The notes below the pieces were generated by a model. It had not been told where the DNA came from. It saw nothing but the letters and a program-made list of their open reading frames with translations, and did not search any database. Shown one piece after another: positions 21,555-30,486 of a stretch of 62,017 nt of DNA. The stretch lies in NCBI GenBank assembly GCA_029859505.1, contig JAOUCZ010000001.1:1-62017 (forward strand). The letters are read 5' to 3'. Every line of letters begins with the position of its first letter. Position 1 is the first letter of the stretch. Both the position numbers and the translations under genes were made by a program. This DNA comes from Lysobacterales bacterium. Lineage in GTDB: Bacteria > Pseudomonadota > Gammaproteobacteria > Xanthomonadales > SZUA-36.

Positions 21555-22169
21555 ATGATAGATAACCCTATTGTGAAATTCCTGATAACCACCATCATCG
21601 GTGGTTTGATTTTTCTTGTGCCGCTTATGTTCCTGATCTTCATCCTTGGTAAGGCCATAGGCTTCATGATGATCATTGCGAAACCACTGGCAGACTGGCT
21701 ACCGGTAGATACCGTCGGTGGTGTGGCACTGGCCAACCTGCTCGCTATCCTGGCCGTGATCCTGGTTTCGTTTCTGGCCGGGCTCGTTGCCCGCCACACG
21801 ATGGCAGGAGACATTGTCAAAACCCTGGAAAACAAGGTTCTGACCAAAATACCGGGTTATGCCATGATCAAGGGGATAAAAAGTGGTTTTGACAGCTCTG
21901 ATGAAGAGGGTATGAAACCTGTCGCGGTACAACTGGGCTCCGCTGAACGTATTGCCCTCGAGATAGAAAAATTACCGGACGGTCGTTCCATGATCTACAT
22001 TCCCAGCGCGCCCAGTGCCTGGTCCGGTGTCACCCAAATCCTGCCCGCCGATCAGATTACCTATCTGAATGTACCCATTACACAAGTGCTGGAATTGACC
22101 GAGAAGTTTGGTCATGGTGTGGATGAGCTGCTAAAGAAAAAACAGCAAGCGGAAAATCCGCCTGCATAG
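21555..22169 (+). CDS. DUF502-like membrane protein
   Basis: 204 aa with two N-terminal TM helices (LITTIIGGLIFLVPLMFLIFILGK; VALANLLAILAVILVSFLAGLV) and a soluble C-terminal domain. It is a paralog of 29689..30282. Confidence 0.7.
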   Translation: MIDNPIVKFLITTIIGGLIFLVPLMFLIFILGKAIGFMMIIAKPLADWLPVDTVGGVALANLLAILAVILVSFLAGLVARHTMAGDIVKTLENKVLTKIPGYAMIKGIKSGFDSSDEEGMKPVAVQLGSAERIALEIEKLPDGRSMIYIPSAPSAWSGVTQILPADQITYLNVPITQVLELTEKFGHGVDELLKKKQQAENPPA

Positions 22170-22212
22170 GAGACAAATGCATTCAAATGGCACGAGCTAT
22201 CCGGTAGAGGTT

Positions 22213-22358
22213 TGCGGTGAAAGCCCGCAGGTGGCTGCGTGAGCCACACATCAGGCTTGCTATCCCTGCTGGCTTGGGTGTCGTTATATGATCATCGAGA
22301 CACCCTCCGGAAGTTGGAGGGCGCTCGATTACGGGGAGCAATCGTTGGCTTACTCCCT
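22213..22358. ncRNA. candidate structured RNA (four consecutive stem-loops) in an ORF-free convergent spacer; class unknown
   Basis: Stem-loops: tgcgg/ccgca (22213-22229); gtggct/agccac (22231-22247); nested atcgag+ccctcc/ggaggg+ctcgat (22294-22329); gggag/ctccc (22334-22357). I recognised no match to any RNA family. Confidence 0.25.
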
Positions 22359-22585
22359 TCCCTGATAATAAAACCCTGTATGTGAAGGTTTACTTAAGCG
22401 ATACTTAAGCTATTGTTAAGGTTTAATGATCCTTGGCTAAAAACCTCAAATTAATCCACCAATTCGCCTTAAAAGCTTAATCGTTTTTAATGGTACTTTT
22501 AAATTCTTACTGGCGAAAAACCTACATGAAAGCGGGTATTGAATTTTGATACCGCGGCTATGGTTTCAAAAAAAGTATGACTGCC

Positions 22586-23269
22586 TCAGCGTCTCAGCAG
22601 GGCCCACCAGCGGGCAATATTCAACAGGCTGGCAAGCGAGGCAGAAAGATAAGTCAAAGCAGCGGCTTTGAGCAGGCGTCGGGCGTGCGGGAGATCAACC
22701 GGCTTGAGGGCGCCGCTTTTTTCCAGCATGGGCAAGGCCCGTCTGAAACTGGCATCCAATTCGGTCGGCAGTGTCACAAGGTGTACAAGCGTAGTGGCAC
22801 CAAGACTCATCATTCCACCCACAATCATCAGCAAACTCACCAGCGGAACCCGTGTGAGCATACCGACGAACGGTGCAGCCATTAAGATACCGGCCCCCAG
22901 TCTTTCTATCGGTCGTGTCAGCATGATTAATTGGCCACGAACTTTAAGCGGTGCATAACCAGTGGCGTCCTGCAAAGCATGACCGACCTCGTGCGCAGCT
23001 ACGGTCACGGCCGTTAAAGACCGGCCATTGAGATTTCCGGCCGTCAGGCGAATGACTTTTTCCTGCGGGTCGTAGTGGTCACCTTCTGAGCTTTCTTCCA
23101 CTTTTACATCCTGAAGACCCAGCCCATCCAGCAAATACCTGGCCAATTCCCCACCGCTGCCGTCGTAACGGTCAGCCGGTGTGTTGTAACGTGACATGAC
23201 ATGACGCACCCACCAGCCCGGGCCAAAGACCAGCGCAACAATAAAGATAAGAGGTAAAAGCAAATGCAT
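22586..23269 (-). CDS. membrane zinc metallopeptidase (YugP/Zn_peptidase_2-like)
   Basis: Start moved to ATG 23269 (MHLLLPLIFIVALVFGPGWW). HEVGHALQD is an HExxH motif, and C-terminal TM helices are present. Confidence 0.8.
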   Translation of the reverse strand: MHLLLPLIFIVALVFGPGWWVRHVMSRYNTPADRYDGSGGELARYLLDGLGLQDVKVEESSEGDHYDPQEKVIRLTAGNLNGRSLTAVTVAAHEVGHALQDATGYAPLKVRGQLIMLTRPIERLGAGILMAAPFVGMLTRVPLVSLLMIVGGMMSLGATTLVHLVTLPTELDASFRRALPMLEKSGALKPVDLPHARRLLKAAALTYLSASLASLLNIARWWALLRR

Positions 23270-23406
23270 GTCTGCATCATAACCAAATATGCAGGCAGTC
23301 TGGACAAATTCAGGCGGCAGCATCAATCAGAAAGTTTCTGCCATGCCAGATCGGCATCCCTTTCTTTGTCTGGACTGGTCAGCTTTGTTGCATTGTTACC
23401 GGCAGT

Positions 23407-24981
23407 TTACTCAGGGAAGCTCTTGATGATTTCTTCGTACCTGCGATGGTTGCGTATATTATCCATATCTGAATCGTGCACCAGCCACTCACGGCTGATA
23501 TTGCCGACTTTGATCAGGCAGTTTTCAAGGCAATCCAGTGCACTTTCAACATCACCCGCCAGCGAGTAAAAGCAAGCCCCGTTATACTGGATTATGGAAT
23601 CCATCGGCGCATTTTGCATCGAGGTTTCCATCCATTCTGTCGCTTCTTCCACCTGCCCCAAGCGCAATAAAGCAAAAGCGCCCATATTTAATGCGCGGTT
23701 ATTATCCGGATTCAGTTCAAGCACTGCCCTGACACGTTCGATACCCAGCCTTGTAACCTCCAACGCCTTTGCTTTCTGGTTAAGGCTGGTATATAGCTGT
23801 GCCTGCAGCAAGACACTTTGAAAATCCTCTGGACAAACCCGGGAAGCCCGCTCAAATAACTTCAGTGCCCGTTCAAGATCGCCTTCATGGACCTTGGTAC
23901 GGCCGAAGAAATACCAGGCCTCGTAATTTTTCGGGTCCAGTTGAATTGCTTTTTCAAAATCAGCTTCCGCCTTTTTGTAATCCTGGTTCATACAACATGC
24001 GATTCCTGCTGAAACATGAGATTCAGCGAGGTCGGGTGCAAGTTCAAGTGCCTTTTCGCTGGTACGTTTGGCCTCAATCAGGTTTACCTCGGTGGCATTG
24101 AAATACATGTAGGAAAAACCAAAGGTATAGGCGATACCGGCCCAGGCACGTCCGAACTCCGGCTCGATGTCTATGGCTTGCTGGAACATCTGCCGGGCAT
24201 ACACATTATCCTGTGTGGTATGCCGGGCAAAATAGCTCAAACCACGCAGGAAAAAATCGTAGGCTTTCGGATCTACATGTTGCTGCGCCGAGCTATGTTT
24301 CTGCTTCAGGGAAAGACTCAGAGTGCTGGCAATCGAGTTGGCAATTTCTTCCTGAATATCAAAAATATCCGCCAGCTTACGGTCAAACTGACGCGACCAC
24401 AGGTGATATCCATCACGGGTGTTAATCAGTTGAGCAGTGATGCGCAGGTTGTCGCCAGATCGGCGTACACTCCCTTCCAGCACCGTTTTGACCTTGAGCT
24501 TTTTGCCGATCTCAGTGATATCCGCCTGTCTGCCACTGAATTGAAACGCCGCGACACGCGAAGCGACCCGCAGATTGGCAACCTTGCACAAAGCATTGAG
24601 TATTTCCTCTGCCATGCCTTCGCAGAAATAGACCTGATTCCCTTTTTCACTCAGATCATCGAATGGCAGTACAGCGATGGAGGGTGCACCCTCCTGGTAA
24701 GTTTCCACTTCGGTCAGGGATTCGATATTTCCGGCGGGGTCCTTGTGAACACCCTCAGATGTGATTTCGTAAGCCCACGAAAGAACCAGCGAAATAGGAA
24801 AGCCGAGCAAAATGAAGACTATCAGCAGGGTCAATGACCATGGAGGTAAACCCAGTCCTTCGAAAACCACCTCACCGACCTGCATGACGACCCAACCAAC
24901 AAAAATATAGGCCAAGGCAACACGGACGACTTTACGTTTCTTGAGTTGCTCCCAAAAGGTTTTGGTTTCGAATTTGTTCAT
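23407..24981 (-). CDS. membrane-anchored TPR-repeat protein with TolB-N-like module
   Basis: Start moved to ATG 24981 (MNKFETKTFWEQLKKRKVVRVALAYIFVGW). It contains IAVLPFDDLSEKG..YFCEGMAEEILNAL and multiple TPR repeats in the C-terminal half. Confidence 0.8.
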   Translation of the reverse strand: MNKFETKTFWEQLKKRKVVRVALAYIFVGWVVMQVGEVVFEGLGLPPWSLTLLIVFILLGFPISLVLSWAYEITSEGVHKDPAGNIESLTEVETYQEGAPSIAVLPFDDLSEKGNQVYFCEGMAEEILNALCKVANLRVASRVAAFQFSGRQADITEIGKKLKVKTVLEGSVRRSGDNLRITAQLINTRDGYHLWSRQFDRKLADIFDIQEEIANSIASTLSLSLKQKHSSAQQHVDPKAYDFFLRGLSYFARHTTQDNVYARQMFQQAIDIEPEFGRAWAGIAYTFGFSYMYFNATEVNLIEAKRTSEKALELAPDLAESHVSAGIACCMNQDYKKAEADFEKAIQLDPKNYEAWYFFGRTKVHEGDLERALKLFERASRVCPEDFQSVLLQAQLYTSLNQKAKALEVTRLGIERVRAVLELNPDNNRALNMGAFALLRLGQVEEATEWMETSMQNAPMDSIIQYNGACFYSLAGDVESALDCLENCLIKVGNISREWLVHDSDMDNIRNHRRYEEIIKSFPE

Positions 24982-25138
24982 CGCTCGTACCTGATTACTA
25001 AGATACACAAAACCGGCGGGTATTGGTATGTCCCAAGAGGCATACACGGTTAATAAAGACGACAATGGGATTCACCGTGCTATAACCTGACAATTTACGT
25101 AAAATGATCGTCTTTATCCGGATGTGGGGCCTAAGTTA

Positions 25139-28100
25139 ATGCGCGCAAAACTGTTTTACACTATTCTCTCAATCGCCATTCTTTCCTTGCCCGTTATCAG
25201 CGTCGCTGACGAGCATCCATTAGCCGGTATTCCACTACGAAATATTGGGCCTGCACTGACATCCGGGCGGGTTTCTGACTTCGCTTTTCATCCGGACCAG
25301 ACACAGAGTTTCTACGTATCCATGGCCAGCGGAGGTTTGTGGAAAACAGAAAACAACGGCATCACCTGGACGGCGCTTTTTGAGAATGAAGGTTCATTCG
25401 CCATTGGTGTGGTCGAAATTGATCCTGAGAACCCGAACATTGTCTGGGTTGGCAGCGGCGAGAACAACGCCCAACGCAGTGTCGGCTACGGTGACGGTGT
25501 GTACAAATCTGTCGATGGTGGCAAGAGTTGGAAAAACATGGGTTTGAAAGACTCGGGTCATATTTCGATGATCCGTTTCCACCCGGGTGACAGTAATACC
25601 ATCTACGTGGCCGCCCAGGGACCTTTGTGGAATTCCGGTGGTGACCGTGGCCTCTATCGTTCCACTGATGGGGGGGATAGCTGGAAACGTATTCTGGATA
25701 TTGACGAGAACACAGGTATCAATGAGTTTGTCATCCACCCGGCCGACCCTGAAGTCATCGTGGCTTCCAGTTACCAGCGCAGGCGTCATGTGTGGACGCT
25801 GATCAATGGCGGACCTGGCAGCGGTATCCACAAAACCACCAATGGCGGTATCAGCTGGCAAAAAGTAGCCGGTGGATTACCTTCAGGTGATCTCGGTCGT
25901 ATTGGGCTGGCGGCAGCACCTTCGGCCCCCAACATGATCTATGCGATTATAGAGGCGGACGAAGAAGGCAAGGGCATCTACCGCAGCACGGATTTTGGCG
26001 AAAGCTGGGAAAAACGCTCCGATCACCTCACCTCAAGCCCGCAGTACTATAACGAGTTGTATGTCGACCCGAAGAATCCGGAACGTGTTTATTCAGTTGA
26101 TACATTTACACATGTTTCCGAGGACGGCGGCAGTAGCTGGAACAAAATCTCGTTTAAAAACCGTCATGTAGATGATCATGCACTTTGGATCGACCCATCC
26201 AATACCTCGCACCTTTATATCGGCGGTGATGGTGGTGTTTATGAAAGCTGGGACCGTGGCCAGTTATGGCGACATGTACGTAACCTGCCGGTTACACAGT
26301 TCTATCGTTCCACTCCGGATAATGACAGCCCCTTCTACAACGTTTGTGCCGGTACACAGGATAACTTCACGCTGTGTGGACCCAGCCGGAATACCATGAC
26401 AGACGGTATAACCAACGCGGACTGGAGCGTCGCCCAGTTTGGAGATGGTTTTAAGGCGCAGATCGATCCCACTGATGCCAATATTATTTATGCACAGGCT
26501 CAGTACGGCTCACTGGGACGTTTTGACCGCATTACCGGTGAACGACTGCAGATTACGCCGATGCCGGGCAGTGAAGAGAACAACTACAACTGGAACTGGA
26601 ATGCACCGTTGATCATCAGCCCGCACGACAACCGCAGACTATATTATGGTGCTGAGCGTCTGTTCCGCTCCGATAATCGTGGTGAAAGCTGGACAGTCGT
26701 CAGTGGTGATCTGAGCCGTGGTATTGACCGTAATAAACTGGATGTGATGGGGCGCGTATGGAGCGTCGATGCGATCGCCAAGAATGTTTCCACCTCGACT
26801 TATGGAGCCCTGATCGCCGTTGACGAAAGCCCGTTACTTGAAGGCCTGATTTATGCCGGCACCGATGACGGCCTGATCCATGTCACCAGCGATGGTGGCA
26901 ACAATTGGTCTAAAACCGACTCGTTCCGCGACGTGCCTGACATGTCCCTGATCGAAGACATCATCAGCTCATTCCACGACGTCGACGTTGCATATGCGGT
27001 GATCGATAACCACAAGCGTGGTGATCACAAACCCTACGTTCTCAAAACTGAAAACCGGGGTAAGAGCTGGGCCTTGATCAGTAATGACCTGCCGGAGCGC
27101 GGCACGGCGCATACCATTATCGAGGATCACGTTGATCCAAACCTGTTATTTGTGGGTACAGAATTTGGTCTGTTTTTCAGCAATGACGGTGGTACAAGCT
27201 GGAACGAAATGACCTCCCTGCCAACCATTGCAGTACGTGACCTTGAAATCCAGCGTCGCGAGGGTGATCTCGTTGTTGGTACCTTCGGGCGTGGAATTTA
27301 CATACTCGATGACTACTCACCATTGCGTTCCAATAGTGATGAACTTAAGAGCCCGAACCTTTTTTCAGTGCGAGATTCCTGGCTTTATGTACCAGACACC
27401 CGCCGGGGTTGGGGTGGCAAAGGTGACTGGGGCGTGGGCCGTTACACTGCTGACAACCCACCATATGGCGCAGTTTTCGCCTACTACCTTCCCGAAGACC
27501 TGCAGTCAATGAAGGACAAGCGCCGGAAAACCGAAAAAGAACGTGCAAAGGAAGGCGGGGATAATCCATATCCCAGTTGGGATCAATTGCGACGGGAAGA
27601 TCGGGAAGAGGCACCGTCCATCACGCTTACGGTACGCGATGCAACCGGTCATGTTATGCAACGTATCAGTGCACCAGCCGGCAAGGGGTTTCACCGTGTA
27701 GCCTGGAATATGCGTTACCCGGCACCCGATCCTGTTGAGCTCAGTCCAAATACCGACTTCGCCCCATGGGAGAGTCCACCACAAGGCCCAATGGCTTTAC
27801 CCGGCACTTACACCGTGACTATGTCGAAGCGTGTTAAGGGTGAATTGGTAGATATATCCGCGGCACAGTCTTTCGAACTGAAACCGTTGTTTGAAGGCGG
27901 CCTGGTAACTGAAGATCGCCAGGCACTGCTCGATTTTCAGATGCAATCAGCCGACCTTTACCGTGCCATCATGGGTGCCAATAAGGCCAGAAGTGAAATG
28001 CAGGACAGGATTGATCACTTACTGATAGCCACCGCAGACACTCCCTCATCTAGTGAAAGCCAGGCACAGGCATTACGCGCACTCAATACCCGTATGCAGG

Positions 28101-28399
28101 ACCTGAAGGTCCGCTTCAGTGGTGACAGCACAATTTCCAGCCGCGCTGAGAAGGTACCCCTGTCCATTAATAACCGCATCAACAACATTGTCGGTGGCCA
28201 CTGGGACAGCCAGTCTGCGGTGACGGACAATTATCGTGATTCTTACAGGATTGCAGATCAACAATTCCGCCAGGCACTGACTGAGCTCCAGGCTATTGCT
28301 GCGGACCTCTCGGCGGTGGAAGCCACACTGCAAGCCGAAGGTGCACCATGGACACCCGGACGTATACCCCAGTGGCCTTTAGGTTCTGTTGAAAGATAA
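25139..28399 (+). CDS. large secreted Asp-box (BNR) / sortilin-Vps10-like beta-propeller protein
   Basis: Start at ATG 25139 with a signal peptide (LFYTILSIAILSLPVISVA). There are at least 8 Asp-boxes S-x-D-x-G-x-x-W (STDGGDSW, TTNGGISW, STDFGESW, SEDGGSSW, SDNRGESW, TSDGGNNW, TENRGKSW, SNDGGTSW) and a helical C-terminal tail. Confidence 0.85.
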   Translation: MRAKLFYTILSIAILSLPVISVADEHPLAGIPLRNIGPALTSGRVSDFAFHPDQTQSFYVSMASGGLWKTENNGITWTALFENEGSFAIGVVEIDPENPNIVWVGSGENNAQRSVGYGDGVYKSVDGGKSWKNMGLKDSGHISMIRFHPGDSNTIYVAAQGPLWNSGGDRGLYRSTDGGDSWKRILDIDENTGINEFVIHPADPEVIVASSYQRRRHVWTLINGGPGSGIHKTTNGGISWQKVAGGLPSGDLGRIGLAAAPSAPNMIYAIIEADEEGKGIYRSTDFGESWEKRSDHLTSSPQYYNELYVDPKNPERVYSVDTFTHVSEDGGSSWNKISFKNRHVDDHALWIDPSNTSHLYIGGDGGVYESWDRGQLWRHVRNLPVTQFYRSTPDNDSPFYNVCAGTQDNFTLCGPSRNTMTDGITNADWSVAQFGDGFKAQIDPTDANIIYAQAQYGSLGRFDRITGERLQITPMPGSEENNYNWNWNAPLIISPHDNRRLYYGAERLFRSDNRGESWTVVSGDLSRGIDRNKLDVMGRVWSVDAIAKNVSTSTYGALIAVDESPLLEGLIYAGTDDGLIHVTSDGGNNWSKTDSFRDVPDMSLIEDIISSFHDVDVAYAVIDNHKRGDHKPYVLKTENRGKSWALISNDLPERGTAHTIIEDHVDPNLLFVGTEFGLFFSNDGGTSWNEMTSLPTIAVRDLEIQRREGDLVVGTFGRGIYILDDYSPLRSNSDELKSPNLFSVRDSWLYVPDTRRGWGGKGDWGVGRYTADNPPYGAVFAYYLPEDLQSMKDKRRKTEKERAKEGGDNPYPSWDQLRREDREEAPSITLTVRDATGHVMQRISAPAGKGFHRVAWNMRYPAPDPVELSPNTDFAPWESPPQGPMALPGTYTVTMSKRVKGELVDISAAQSFELKPLFEGGLVTEDRQALLDFQMQSADLYRAIMGANKARSEMQDRIDHLLIATADTPSSSESQAQALRALNTRMQDLKVRFSGDSTISSRAEKVPLSINNRINNIVGGHWDSQSAVTDNYRDSYRIADQQFRQALTELQAIAADLSAVEATLQAEGAPWTPGRIPQWPLGSVER

Positions 28400-28401
28400 C
28401 A

Positions 28402-29634
28402 ATGTTTAGCTTCCGCATCACATTGTTGATCCTGTGCATCCTGTTGATGGGTGCATCTACACCTGTGTTTGGTGATCAGGATGAAGATCAAAAGGTAATT
28501 GAAGCCGAAGTTGAACAGAAAAGCACACCGGCAGATGAAAGCCCGGAGGATACAGAAGAAGACGGTAAAAAGCGGCCATCATTCATGGAAAGGATGAAGA
28601 GCAAAGACCCCAACAGGGGGCGATTTTTACCGATTCCAATATTCATTACCGAACCCGCGATCGGTGAGGGCCTTGGCCTGGTGCTGTCATATTTCCATCC
28701 CAAGAAAGCCGTATCTGACAAGGACCGCGTGGCGTCACTGGAATCGATCAGCAAAGCCTCGCACGAGCAGGAGCCTCCACCCACGGTCACCGGGGTGTTT
28801 GGTGCTTACACCAGCAACGAGACCGCCGCAGCAGGTGCAGGTCATATGAATAGCTTTAAAGATGACCATATCCGCTTTACCGCAGTGGCAGCCTGGGCCA
28901 ACGTAAATTCAACATTTTACATTCAGGACGCTCCATTTAAGTTCAACCTGGAGGGTGTTCTGGCCTACCAGGAAACCCGCTTCAGGATTGGTGACAGTCG
29001 TTGGTTCTGGGGTATTGGTCTGTCATACCTCAGCGCCGACACCGCATTCAGGGTGGAGTTACCAGACGAAAAACCCATCAAACTATTTCCCAACGACCTG
29101 AAAAACGTCGGACTGTCCGGCAAGCTGGCATGGGACAGCCGGGACAACACCTCGATGCCCAATTCGGGTCAGTTGGTTGATCTGGCCATCTGGCGTTATG
29201 ACAACGCTATCGGCGGTGATTATGATTATTGGAATGCAAAGCTGAAACTGAACTCATTTCATCCCTTGTTTGAGAAGTTTGTGCTGGGGTGGCGACTGGA
29301 GTATCAGGCCACCAGTGGCGATGCTCCTTTTTTCGCCTACCCGTATGTCAACCTTCGCGGGATACCGGCATTACGTTACCAGGGTGACCGTGTCGGCGTT
29401 GCGGAGATTGAAGGTCGCTACAACTTTACACCTAAATGGGCCATGATCGGTTTTGCCGGTTCAGGTAAGGTAAACAGTGACCTCCCCATTTTCGATACGG
29501 AACAGAGCATTTATAGCTATGGTGTGGGTGCGCGTTACAAGATATTTGATGTTCAGAATGTCTGGATAGGCATTGATATCGCCAAGGGGCCGGAAGAATA
29601 TAACTGGTACATCCAGGTGGGGCAGGCCTGGTAA
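28402..29634 (+). CDS. Omp85/BamA-family-like outer-membrane beta-barrel without obvious POTRA domain
   Basis: 410 aa, starting 2 nt after the propeller gene. It has a signal peptide, an acidic disordered segment (DQDEDQKVIEAEVEQKSTPADESPEDTEEDGKK), then a barrel-like region. That region includes NSGQLVD.., YVNLRGIPALRYQGDRVGVAEIEGRY and ends ..QVGQAW. Confidence 0.6.
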   Translation: MFSFRITLLILCILLMGASTPVFGDQDEDQKVIEAEVEQKSTPADESPEDTEEDGKKRPSFMERMKSKDPNRGRFLPIPIFITEPAIGEGLGLVLSYFHPKKAVSDKDRVASLESISKASHEQEPPPTVTGVFGAYTSNETAAAGAGHMNSFKDDHIRFTAVAAWANVNSTFYIQDAPFKFNLEGVLAYQETRFRIGDSRWFWGIGLSYLSADTAFRVELPDEKPIKLFPNDLKNVGLSGKLAWDSRDNTSMPNSGQLVDLAIWRYDNAIGGDYDYWNAKLKLNSFHPLFEKFVLGWRLEYQATSGDAPFFAYPYVNLRGIPALRYQGDRVGVAEIEGRYNFTPKWAMIGFAGSGKVNSDLPIFDTEQSIYSYGVGARYKIFDVQNVWIGIDIAKGPEEYNWYIQVGQAW

Positions 29635-29688
29635 TTGTTTCCCGGTTGATGCTGCCATCTGACATCGCGCTTTGAGGAGGCAGGAAAA

Positions 29689-30282
29689 ATGTTTAAATTC
29701 TTAAAAAATGCGCTAGTTCGTGGCCTGGTTGTACTGATCCCGTTGGTACTGGTCTACCTCACCATACGTGAGCTGTTTGAAGCCATGGTTTCCCTGGCAA
29801 CACCGATTGCTGACCTCGTTCCATTCAACTGGATCCGGGAAAACGATCCTGTGAATGTGATCGCCCTTTTATTGATTATCCTGGTGGCACTGATACTCGG
29901 CCTGGTCTGGTCGGCCGGACCGACACGCCGCGCCGCCGAGTGGGTGGAAACTCGAAGCCTGAACCACTTGCCGATGTACAAGATCATGAAAAGCCTGGTC
30001 GGTGCATTCCTGAACCTGGAGGACGAGGAATCTTTCAAGCCGGCATGCTGGCGTCACGAAGACGGTTCGCTGGAACCTGTCTTTGTCATCGGAGAACATG
30101 GTCAGGATATGCTCGTGGTCATGCAGCCGTGGACACCTACACCTTTTGCAGGCTCCGTTCGGGTGGTGCCGCGTACCCAGGTAGACCTGGTGCCGGTTAC
30201 ACTAGACGAATACTCTCTGGCTTTAACACATTTCGGTCTTGGGCTATCCGAGGCTTTGCAAAAACGCGAGTCTGATCGATAG
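29689..30282 (+). CDS. DUF502-like membrane protein (second copy)
   Basis: 197 aa. LVVLIPLVLVYLTIRELF plus a second TM helix, the same architecture as 21555..22169. Confidence 0.65.
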   Translation: MFKFLKNALVRGLVVLIPLVLVYLTIRELFEAMVSLATPIADLVPFNWIRENDPVNVIALLLIILVALILGLVWSAGPTRRAAEWVETRSLNHLPMYKIMKSLVGAFLNLEDEESFKPACWRHEDGSLEPVFVIGEHGQDMLVVMQPWTPTPFAGSVRVVPRTQVDLVPVTLDEYSLALTHFGLGLSEALQKRESDR

Positions 30283-30486
30283 GTATGAGTCATCTTTGGT
30301 AACTCCACAATGCCTCTGGCAGCCATAATTTTTGTACCCTTTGCAGCCACCGGTATCGTAAAGCCCGGGCAGATCATCGGGATAGGAACGACAGACGATG
30401 TCTCGTAAATGTAATGGTGCAATATTCTGGGATCAGGCATAATTAATTGCTTGCGCTTGCATATTTATAAATATTAGGAGGACAAC

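Noticed and set aside
22170-22585. Riboswitch interpretation of the structured spacer
   Set aside because: Both neighbouring genes end at the spacer, so there is no downstream gene to regulate. I saw no B12-box, TPP, glycine, SAM, c-di-GMP or Mn signatures. It is kept only as an sRNA or scar candidate.
24016-24837. 273-aa plus-strand ORF
   Set aside because: It is antisense to the TPR protein gene, has no recognisable domain, and is a shadow ORF.
30102-30440. 112-aa minus-strand ORF between DUF502 and the sulfatase
   Set aside because: Two thirds of it overlaps the DUF502 gene antisense. It has no SD and no motif, and the remainder is promoter-like AT-rich sequence for the sulfatase.
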